Positions 17,170-24,249 of a DNA stretch of 32,000 bases are shown here, piece by piece. Each line of letters begins with the position of its first letter. The stretch's first letter is position 1. The position numbers and the translations under genes were made by a program. The DNA lies in contig NZ_CP080507.1 in the NCBI RefSeq assembly GCF_019464535.1, forward strand, positions 390,001-422,000, written 5' to 3'. The stretch is from Horticoccus luteus. GTDB taxonomy: Bacteria; Verrucomicrobiota; Verrucomicrobiia; Opitutales; Opitutaceae. The notes beneath the pieces were generated by a model, which ran no database searches, was not told where the DNA came from, and worked only from the letters and a program-made list of their open reading frames with translations.

Positions 17170-17326
17170 TGCGCAGCGCCTCCTTGCAAGGGCTTATAAA
17201 GCAGGAGTCGACGAGGTGGAGGGAGGCGTGCCTGCTTGGGACAGGCGGGAAGAAGAGGGGAGAGGCGGTGCATTTTTCCCTCGTCCGACTGGCGGGCACG
17301 CTTTACGACTCCCCGTTTTTCCAACG

Positions 17327-18271
17327 ATGAAGCACTTTCTGAAGGAGACCGACTTCAGCCGCGCCCAGGCGGCCGAGGTCCTGACGCTGGCCCGCGAGTT
17401 TAAGCAGAACCGCGGTCAGCGTCTGTCTTCGGTGCTGGCGGGACAGACGTGGGCAATGATCTTTTCGAAGTCGTCCACCCGCACGCGGGTTTCGTTCGAC
17501 GTCGGCATCCACGAACTCGGCGGCCATCCGCTTTTTCTCAACAAGAGCGACATCCAGCTCGGGCGCGGCGAGACGATCGAGGACACGGCGCGGGTGCTGT
17601 CGCGTTTCATCCACGGCCTGGTCGTGCGCACCTACGACCACGCGGATCTGGAGCGGCTGGCGGCGAGCGGCACGATTCCGGTGATCAATGCCCTGACGGA
17701 TTTCCTACATCCCTGCCAGATTTACACGGATGCGTTTACGGCGGCGGAACGTTGGGCGGGGCCGGGCGGGGATTTGCTGGAGTCGCTGCGGGGGCGGAAA
17801 ATCGCCTATCTGGGCGACACGGCGTTTAACATGGCCAATTCGTGGATCCTGGGGGCGAGTCTGTTCGACATGAAGTTGTCGCTCGGCGGGCCGGCGGACT
17901 ATGCGCCGGGAGAAGCGATTCGCGGGCTGCTGCGCGCGGAAGGGCGGCCCATCGACTTCCATTTTACCACGGATGCCTACGAAGCCGTGGCGGACGCCGA
18001 CATTGTTTACACGGATGTCTGGGCGAGCATGGGCCAGGAGGACGAGAGCAACGCGCGGGCGAAGCTGATGGAGCGGTATGCGGTGACCGAAAAGCTTTTT
18101 GCGGCGGCGAAGCCGGACGCGTTGTTCATGCACTGCCTGCCCGCGCACGCCGGCGAGGAAGTGGCGCAGGCGGTGCTCGATCACCCGCGCTGTGTGATTT
18201 TCGACGAAGCCGAAAACCGGCTCCACACCCAGAAAGCCATCATGGCCGTGCTCGCGAAAGCGGCGCGTTAA
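17327..18271 (+). CDS. argF: Ornithine carbamoyltransferase (canonical anabolic type)
   Basis: SKSSTRTRVSF (STRTR), DFLHPCQ (HPxQ), DVWASMG (DxxxSMG) and MHCLPAH (HCLP) are all present. This argues for true OTCase rather than acetyl- or succinyl-ornithine transcarbamylase. ATG at 17327. Confidence 0.95.
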   Translation: MKHFLKETDFSRAQAAEVLTLAREFKQNRGQRLSSVLAGQTWAMIFSKSSTRTRVSFDVGIHELGGHPLFLNKSDIQLGRGETIEDTARVLSRFIHGLVVRTYDHADLERLAASGTIPVINALTDFLHPCQIYTDAFTAAERWAGPGGDLLESLRGRKIAYLGDTAFNMANSWILGASLFDMKLSLGGPADYAPGEAIRGLLRAEGRPIDFHFTTDAYEAVADADIVYTDVWASMGQEDESNARAKLMERYAVTEKLFAAAKPDALFMHCLPAHAGEEVAQAVLDHPRCVIFDEAENRLHTQKAIMAVLAKAAR

Positions 18272-18289
18272 ACCCACGTTTCCCTCATC

Positions 18290-19516
18290 ATGAAAATCGT
18301 CCTCGCTTACTCGGGCGGACTCGACACGTCCGTCATCGTCAAGTGGCTGCGCGAAACCTATGACGCCGAAATCGTCACGTTCGCCGCCGATATCGGGCAG
18401 GAGGAGGAGTTGAAAGGCCTCTCGGCCAAGGCGAAGAAGACGGGCGCCTCGAAGCACTACACGCTCAACCTCGTCGAGGAATTTGCGCGCGACTTCATCT
18501 ACCCGATGATCCGCGCCAACGCGATTTACGAGGGGCAGTATTACCTCGGCACGTCGATTGCGCGTCCGCTCATCGCGAAGGCGCAGATCGACATCGCGAA
18601 AAAGGAAAAGGCCGACACGGTCGCCCACGGGGCCACCGGCAAGGGCAACGACCAATGCCGCTTCGAGCTGACCTACATGGCGCTCGCGCCGAATCTTCAG
18701 ATCATCGCGCCGTGGAAGATTGAGAAATACCGCGACCAGTTTCCCGGCCGCGCGGAGATGATCGCGTATTGCGAGGCGCACAAGATCCCCGTCGAGGCCT
18801 CGCTCAAGAAGCCGTATTCGATGGACCGCAATCTCCTGCACATCTCTTACGAGGCGGGAATTCTCGAGGATCCGTGGTTCGATCCGACGACGCCGGAGCA
18901 TCGGGGGATGTTCAAACTTTCCGTTTCGCCCGAGGACGCGCCGGACAAGGCCGAATACGTGGAGCTGGATTTTGTGAAGGGCGACTGCGTGGCGGTGAAC
19001 GGCAAGAAGCTGACACCGGCCGGCGTGTTGAAAACGTTGAACAAGCTGGGCGGCAAACACGGCGTCGGCCGCGTTGATCTCGTCGAGAACCGGTTCGTCG
19101 GCATGAAGTCGCGCGGCGTTTATGAGACTCCGGGCGGCACGATCCTCATGCACGGACACCGGCAGGTGGAGTCGTTGACGATGGACCGCGAGGTCATGCA
19201 TCTGCGCGATTCGCTCATCCCGAAATACGCCGAGCTCGTCTACTACGGCTTCTGGTTCGCCCCCGAGCGCGAGGCGTTGCAGGCGTTGATCGACGAGTCG
19301 CAGAAATTCGTCACCGGCACGGTGCGCCTGAAGCTTTACAAGGGCAACGTCATCACGTGCGGACGGAAGTCGAAATACTCGCTCTACGACATGAACATCG
19401 CGTCGATGGAGGGGGTGAAGAGCTGGTATAACCAGACCGACGCGACGGGCTTCATTCGTCTCAACGGCTTGCGGCTGCGGGCGCGCAACATCGCGCAAGG
19501 CGGCCCGAAAGTCTGA
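18290..19516 (+). CDS. argG: Argininosuccinate synthase
   Basis: [15 protein letters not shown] is the N-type ATP-pyrophosphatase motif. [13 protein letters not shown] is also present. The length is 408 aa. It starts 18 nt after the argF stop. Confidence 0.97.
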   Translation: MKIVLAYSGGLDTSVIVKWLRETYDAEIVTFAADIGQEEELKGLSAKAKKTGASKHYTLNLVEEFARDFIYPMIRANAIYEGQYYLGTSIARPLIAKAQIDIAKKEKADTVAHGATGKGNDQCRFELTYMALAPNLQIIAPWKIEKYRDQFPGRAEMIAYCEAHKIPVEASLKKPYSMDRNLLHISYEAGILEDPWFDPTTPEHRGMFKLSVSPEDAPDKAEYVELDFVKGDCVAVNGKKLTPAGVLKTLNKLGGKHGVGRVDLVENRFVGMKSRGVYETPGGTILMHGHRQVESLTMDREVMHLRDSLIPKYAELVYYGFWFAPEREALQALIDESQKFVTGTVRLKLYKGNVITCGRKSKYSLYDMNIASMEGVKSWYNQTDATGFIRLNGLRLRARNIAQGGPKV

Positions 19517-19581
19517 GTCGAGTTCCGCTCACGGAGTTTGTCCGCTCCATCGCGGCGCACGCTCTTGGAGGCAAGTTTACC

Positions 19582-19613
19582 GCGCAACGCTCATGAGGGC
19601 GTTGCGCTTTTTT
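19582..19613 (+). terminator. Rho-independent terminator of argF-argG
   Basis: Perfect 9-bp stem GCGCAACGC (19582-19590) / GCGTTGCGC (19599-19607) with an 8-nt loop, followed by TTTTTT (19608-19613). It has no T-run in the opposite orientation, so it is unidirectional. Confidence 0.8.
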
Positions 19614-19673
19614 GTGCGCGCGGGAAGGAAGCTGCCGAGAGCTAATCCGTGGCGCAGCCGCGGTGGCGAAGCG

Positions 19674-20708
19674 CTATTGAATTTTCGCGGCCGCGGAGGA
19701 GGCAAAGGCCGGATCGTGCAGGTGGCACGCGGCAGAACGGCCCGGGGCCGTGACGCGCAAATCCGGTCGCACGGCAGGGCACGGCTCGAAGCAATGGGGG
19801 CAACGCGGATGAAACGCGCAACCGGACGGCAGCCGGCTCGGGTCGGCGACTTCGCCCGGGGCCTCGAAGTGCATTTTTACATCGGGATCGGGCCAAGGCA
19901 CCGCGCTCAGCAACGCGCGCGTATACGGGTGTTGCGGGTCGCGAAACAGCGCGTCGGTCGGGGCGAGTTCCACGATGCGGCCGGCATACATCACAGCGAC
20001 GCGGTCGCAGAAATGGCGTACGACATCGAGGTTGTGCGCGACGAAAAGGTAGGTGAGTTGAAACTCGCCCTGCAGGTCCTTGAGCAGGTTGAGCACCTGC
20101 GCCTGCACAGAGACGTCGAGCGCCGACACCGCTTCGTCGGCGACGACGAGGGAGGGTCGCATCACGAGGGCGCGCGCGATGCCGATGCGCTGGCGCTGGC
20201 CGCCGGAAAAAGCGTGCGGGTAACGCATGCGGTGCTCGGGTTTGAGGCCGACTTTGCGCAGGATGTCAGCGACGCGTTCCTCGCGTTCGCGGCGCGTGCC
20301 GAGGCCGTGGATCACGAGCGGTTCGGACACGATCTGGCCGACGGTCATGCGCGGGTTGAGCGAGGAAAACGGATCCTGAAAAACCATCTGCATGTGCGGC
20401 CGCAACGGCTTCAGGGCGTTCTCCGAGACCGCGGCGAGATCGACGGTCGTACCGTTCGCCTGCCGAAACAGCACGGAGCCGGCGGACGGAGCGAGGGCCC
20501 GCAGGATGCAACGCGCCGTGGTGGTTTTGCCCGACCCAGATTCGCCGACGAGTCCGAGCGTCTCGCCGGGTTGCAGGTCGAAGGTCACATCGTCGACGGC
20601 GCGGATCACGCTGACCGTGCGCTTGCGCATCATGCCACCGGCTTGAAGCGGGAAGTGTTTGCAGAGGCCGCGCACCGAAAGGAGCGGCGAGGACGAGACG
20701 TTGTTCAC
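19674..20708 (-). CDS. Oligopeptide/dipeptide-type ABC transporter ATP-binding protein (OppF/DppF-like)
   Basis: Walker A GESGSGKTT, signature FSGGQRQR, Walker B LVVADEAVSALD, and a C-terminal oligo-HPY region (QHPYTRALL) with a Cys cluster. I chose the GTG at 20708, which overlaps the upstream TGA (GTGA at 20708-20705). The ORF-track start at 20819 would overlap the upstream gene by 115 nt. Confidence 0.85.
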   Translation of the reverse strand: MNNVSSSPLLSVRGLCKHFPLQAGGMMRKRTVSVIRAVDDVTFDLQPGETLGLVGESGSGKTTTARCILRALAPSAGSVLFRQANGTTVDLAAVSENALKPLRPHMQMVFQDPFSSLNPRMTVGQIVSEPLVIHGLGTRREREERVADILRKVGLKPEHRMRYPHAFSGGQRQRIGIARALVMRPSLVVADEAVSALDVSVQAQVLNLLKDLQGEFQLTYLFVAHNLDVVRHFCDRVAVMYAGRIVELAPTDALFRDPQHPYTRALLSAVPWPDPDVKMHFEAPGEVADPSRLPSGCAFHPRCPHCFEPCPAVRPDLRVTAPGRSAACHLHDPAFASSAAAKIQ

Positions 20709-21724
20709 GGGGCGGAGATCTCCTCGGCGCGCACACAGGCGACGGTATGCGTTTCTCCGACCGAATGCAGCGGCGGCGGCGCACCCACATCGCAACGCCC
20801 GCTGACGGCGTGCGCACAACGCGGATGAAACGGACAGCCGCGTGGAATCGCCGTCAAGGACGGCACGGTGCCGGGAATCGAAGCCAGCCGCGCACCGCGA
20901 TTGAGCGAGGGAATGGATTTGAGCATCCCTTGGGTGTAGGGATGGCGCGGATGCTTGAGCACTGCGCGCACCGGGCCGTGTTCAACGATGCGGCCGAGAT
21001 ACATCACCGCGACTTCGTCCGCCGTTTGCGCGACGACGCCGAGATCGTGCGTGATCAGGAGCACCGAGCAGCCGATCTCCTGCTGCAACGTTTTGATCAG
21101 CCCGAGAATCTGGGCCTGGATGGTGACGTCGAGGGCGGTCGTGGGCTCGTCGGCGATAAGTAATTCGGGGCGGCAGACGAGCGCCATCGCGATGACGACA
21201 CGCTGGCGCATGCCGCCGGACATCTCGTGCGGATACTGGTCGTACCGGCGATCGGGTGCGGACACGCCGACCTTGCGCAACATTTCGATCCCGCGCGTGC
21301 GGGCTTCGGCTTTCGAGACGTCGTGATGCAGCAGGATCGCCTCGGAAATTTGATCGCCGACGGTATGGACCGGGGAAAGTGCCGTCATCGGCTCTTGGAA
21401 AATCATGCTCACGAGGCCGCCGCGCACGCGGTAGAGCAGCGGAGATTTTTCGTTCAACGCCGCGATGTCGATTTCGCCGGCGCGAGCGGAATGCAGCAGG
21501 ATTTTACCGCCCACGATGCGGCCGGGCGGCTGGATGAGGCGCAGAATGGAATAGCTGGTCACGCTTTTGCCGCAGCCGGATTCACCGACGAGCGCGAGCG
21601 TGCGTCCGCGCGGGATGCTGAAGTTGACGCCGTTCACTGCGGGCAACGATCCGTCCTCCGTTTCGAAGTGCGTGCGCAGGCCAACGACTTCGAGCACGTT
21701 GGGAGAGGGAAGGGTGGTGGACAT
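20705..21724 (-). CDS. Oligopeptide/dipeptide-type ABC transporter ATP-binding protein (OppD/DppD-like)
   Basis: Walker A GESGCGKS, signature MSGGMRQR, Walker B LLIADEPTTALD, plus RHPYTQGML and a C-terminal Cys cluster. ATG at 21724 (the track start at 21727 is a TTG one codon upstream). Confidence 0.9.
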   Translation of the reverse strand: MSTTLPSPNVLEVVGLRTHFETEDGSLPAVNGVNFSIPRGRTLALVGESGCGKSVTSYSILRLIQPPGRIVGGKILLHSARAGEIDIAALNEKSPLLYRVRGGLVSMIFQEPMTALSPVHTVGDQISEAILLHHDVSKAEARTRGIEMLRKVGVSAPDRRYDQYPHEMSGGMRQRVVIAMALVCRPELLIADEPTTALDVTIQAQILGLIKTLQQEIGCSVLLITHDLGVVAQTADEVAVMYLGRIVEHGPVRAVLKHPRHPYTQGMLKSIPSLNRGARLASIPGTVPSLTAIPRGCPFHPRCAHAVSGRCDVGAPPPLHSVGETHTVACVRAEEISAP

Positions 21725-21931
21725 CAAGGGGGGCGATAGGGCTGTCCGGCGGGAACCGACGAAGCGCCGAGAACGTAGGTGGGGGTGGAACGCGGCTGCA
21801 AGACTTGTGCGGCGAAGAGTTGAAAGCGACTGCGTGAGGCCTCGCCGGAAGCCGGCTTCCCCGAGGGAGGAAGGCGTCTTTCTTCCGTGGAAAACGCGCG
21901 GCGCGGACGATTCCTCGCGCGCTCACGGTAA

Positions 21932-21964
21932 CGATTTTTCGGCGACAGCGATTTTTCGCGAAAA
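21932..21964. promoter_or_regulatory. Direct repeat CGATTTTTCG x2 overlapping a 12-bp palindrome TTTTCGCGAAAA, candidate operator
   Basis: The copies lie at 21932-21941 and 21949-21958 (17-nt period). The palindrome at 21953-21964 sits 32-41 nt upstream of the permease start, in the 280-bp divergent spacer. Confidence 0.35.
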
Positions 21965-22004
21965 GGGCTTTATTGTAGGCGCGCCTCTCGCCAACTTGGC
22001 GCGC

Positions 22005-22952
22005 GTGGTCGCCCCCAACCGCCTGAAGAAATCGTTCAAAGAGTGGAAGCTTTACGGCTTCGTGCTGCCCTCGCTTGCGATGGTGATGGTCTTCGCCTAT
22101 TTCCCGGCGCTCAGCGCGGTCTATCACAGTTTCTTCGAATGGAATGGCGGGGATTTGCAGCAATTCGTAGGCGGCGCCAACTTCTTGCGCGCGTGGCGCG
22201 ATCCGGTGCTCTGGCAGTCGTTTGGCACGGTGTTTGCGCTGATGATTTTCAATTTCTTCAAGATGATGCCGTCGATCCTGCTCGCGGTGCTCATCCACCG
22301 TTTGCGCAGCGATCGCTGGCAATACATCTACCGGGTGCTGCTGGTGATTCCGATGGTCGTGCCGCAACTCGTCACGCTGTTCATCTGGAAGTTCTTCTTC
22401 GATCCGAACCTCGGCGTGCTCAACCGCGTGCTGGACATCATCGGCGGCAAGACGGCGCTGGTGTGGCTCGACCACGTCTTTCATTGGAACGTGTTTTTCA
22501 CGGGCGTGCCGATCGGATGGCTGGCGCAGCCGGAATTGATTTTGCCGGCGTTGTTCATCTGGGGCTTCCCGTGGATCGGCGCGGTCGGCGTGCTGATCTA
22601 CCTCGCGGGCCTGCAATCGATCGGCCATGAGGTTTACGAGGCGGCGGAGCTCGAGGGCATCGGCCCGTTTGGGAAGTTTTTCTACATCGAGCTGCCGCTC
22701 ATTCTGACGCAAATCCGCCTGACGCTCGCGCTGCTCATCATCGGCACGCTCCAAGGCTACGGTCTGCAATTGCTGCTGCTCGATACCAACGGTGGTCCCG
22801 GCGGTCGTGGCATGGTGCCAGGCTTGTGGATGTATAACCGCGCGTTTCTCGCCGGCGAATTCGGTTATGCCTGCGCCGTCGGCATGGTGCTCTTCGTCTT
22901 CATCCTTGTGCTAACGTCCCTGAACAACCGCTTCGTGCGCGCCGAACGATGA
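22005..22952 (+). CDS. Carbohydrate (CUT1-type) ABC transporter permease, MalF/UgpA-like
   Basis: The N-terminus FVLPSLAMVMVFAYFPALSAVYHSFFEWNGG…FVGGANF and the EAA loop EAAELEGIGPFGKFFYIELPLI are typical. It has six TM-like segments. There is no in-frame ATG before the first TM, so I chose the GTG at 22005 (a TTG at 21996 is an alternative). The track start at 21567 overlaps oppD-like and is rejected. Confidence 0.85.
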   Translation: MVAPNRLKKSFKEWKLYGFVLPSLAMVMVFAYFPALSAVYHSFFEWNGGDLQQFVGGANFLRAWRDPVLWQSFGTVFALMIFNFFKMMPSILLAVLIHRLRSDRWQYIYRVLLVIPMVVPQLVTLFIWKFFFDPNLGVLNRVLDIIGGKTALVWLDHVFHWNVFFTGVPIGWLAQPELILPALFIWGFPWIGAVGVLIYLAGLQSIGHEVYEAAELEGIGPFGKFFYIELPLILTQIRLTLALLIIGTLQGYGLQLLLLDTNGGPGGRGMVPGLWMYNRAFLAGEFGYACAVGMVLFVFILVLTSLNNRFVRAER

Positions 22953-23791
22953 AATCCGCCGTCTTCAGCATTCGCGGGCGCCGCGACTGGCCCAAGCACC
23001 TGATCATCCTCGCGTTTCTGAGCATCGAGCTGTTCCCGCTCTACATGATGTTTCAGGTGAGCTTCAAGGACAACGCCACTTTCATCCGCAACCCGTGGCT
23101 GCCGACGAATCCCACGTTCTGGCATTGGGAAAACTGGGTGTTCGCGGTGAAACTCATCCTCCCGTATATCGCCAACACCATCTTTGTAGCCGTCACGGGG
23201 ACGGCCGCGACGCTCGCGTTCGCGGTCTGTGCGTCTTACTTCTTCGCGCGGCGGCGGATGCCGTTGTCGGGTCTGCTTTGGTATGCGTTTCTCGTGCTCA
23301 TGCTCCTGCCGAGCGTGGCGAACATCGTGCCGTTGTTCACGCTCCTGCGGGAGCTCTCGCTGCTGAATACGTTGTCGGCGCTGATCATCGTCAGCGTTGC
23401 GGGTGGGCAGGTGTTTAACATTTTTGTGCTCCGCGGATTCATCGAGGATTTGCCCAAGGATTTGTTTGAAGCGGCGGAAATCGACGGCGCGGGTCATCTG
23501 CAGCAGGTGCTGCATGTCGTGCTGCCGCAGTGCGCGCCGATTCTGGGCACGCTCGGCATCCTCGCCTTTCTCGGCATCTGGAACGACTTCCTGCTGCCGT
23601 TGATCGTGCTGCGCGACAAGCAGCTGTTCACCTTGGGGGTCGGCCTGGTCTATCTCGACGGCGAATACGTGAAACAGTGGGGCCAGATCATGGCGTCCTA
23701 CTTTCTCGCCGCGGTGCCGTTGATCATCCTCTTCCTGTTTTCGATGCGCCTGTTCGTGCGCGGTTTGTCGCAAGGCGCCATCAAAGGCTGA
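22949..23791 (+). CDS. Carbohydrate (CUT1-type) ABC transporter permease, MalG/UgpE-like
   Basis: ELFPLYMMFQVSFK N-terminus and EAA loop EAAEIDGAGHLQQVLHVVLPQCAP. Its ATG overlaps the upstream TGA (ATGA at 22949-22952). Confidence 0.9.
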   Translation: MKSAVFSIRGRRDWPKHLIILAFLSIELFPLYMMFQVSFKDNATFIRNPWLPTNPTFWHWENWVFAVKLILPYIANTIFVAVTGTAATLAFAVCASYFFARRRMPLSGLLWYAFLVLMLLPSVANIVPLFTLLRELSLLNTLSALIIVSVAGGQVFNIFVLRGFIEDLPKDLFEAAEIDGAGHLQQVLHVVLPQCAPILGTLGILAFLGIWNDFLLPLIVLRDKQLFTLGVGLVYLDGEYVKQWGQIMASYFLAAVPLIILFLFSMRLFVRGLSQGAIKG

Positions 23792-23935
23792 TCGGAAGCC
23801 GGCGGCCGCGCGGCATAAAGGCGTGGGTCGTCGCGGCCGGCGTGGATGCGGTTGCCGGCCGGGCGTCGCAGGCACCCGATGGCCGGCGAGCCTCTCGGCT
23901 TGACGAAGGTCCGCGGCCCAACCCCATTGATCGTC

Positions 23936-24178
23936 ATGGTGACGCCCGCCGAAGAGAATTTCAAAACCTACAAAATCGCCGAGAAAAAGGCGCTCGAGAT
24001 CGTCGCCGCGATGAAATCGGTGAACATCAAGAAAACCGACATCGAAGTGGCGCTGCTCGTCGCTGTTTTCGAACTTCACAAGGACAGTCTCTCGCCCGAA
24101 ACGATCGGCGCGATTGTGCAAGGCCACCTCAAGCAGATCATCCCGTTCTACTCCGCCAAGGCGAAGCCGGCGAATTGA
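23936..24178 (+). CDS. Hypothetical small protein (80 aa), no recognisable family
   Basis: MVTPAEENFKTYKIAEKKALEIVAAMKSVNIKKTDIEVALLVAVFELHKDSLSPETIGAIVQGHLKQIIPFYSAKAKPAN. Third-position G/C preference is maintained despite a Lys/Glu/Ile-rich composition, which supports coding. It is predicted helical. Alternative in-frame ATGs at 23846 and 23879 would add an Arg-rich N-terminus. Confidence 0.45.
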   Translation: MVTPAEENFKTYKIAEKKALEIVAAMKSVNIKKTDIEVALLVAVFELHKDSLSPETIGAIVQGHLKQIIPFYSAKAKPAN

Positions 24179-24249
24179 ATGTGCGGAGGGACCACGGGCC
24201 CTCGCGCCCTGCCCGGTGGGCGACGAGAATCAAAAACGCCCGCGTCCAC

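Noticed and set aside
17081-17326. Long N-terminal extensions offered by the ORF track for argF (17159) and the PEP-CTERM gene (17299); similar extensions for rpsI (1751), argC (3201) and the permease (21567)
   Set aside because: The extensions precede the conserved N-termini or signal peptides, overlap the divergent neighbour or its promoter region, and encode Arg/Pro-rich junk. Internal starts match the family N-termini.
17705-19498. 597-aa minus-strand ORF
   Set aside because: It is antisense to argF and argG, both of which have canonical motifs. Its product is Arg-rich and featureless.
19593-22769. 411-aa plus-strand ORF (19593-20828) and 395-aa minus-strand ORF (21582-22769)
   Set aside because: They are antisense to the OppF-like ATPase and to the first permease. 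The sense frames carry Walker, signature and EAA motifs.
23798-23841. GC-rich imperfect inverted repeat GCCGGCGGCCGCG…CGCGGCCGGC after the permease operon as a terminator
   Set aside because: The arms are imperfect, the loop is 21 nt, and no T-tract follows. It is mentioned under the orphan-ORF finding but not called as a feature.
22865-24127. 420-aa minus-strand ORF
   Set aside because: It is antisense to the second permease and the small ORF. It is Arg/Asp/His-rich and featureless.
24179-24249. Possible bidirectional terminator between the small ORF and the convergent kinase gene
   Set aside because: Only short, weak stems (GGGCG…CGCCC with a 14-nt loop, GAGGG…CCCTC) are present, with no flanking T-runs in either direction.
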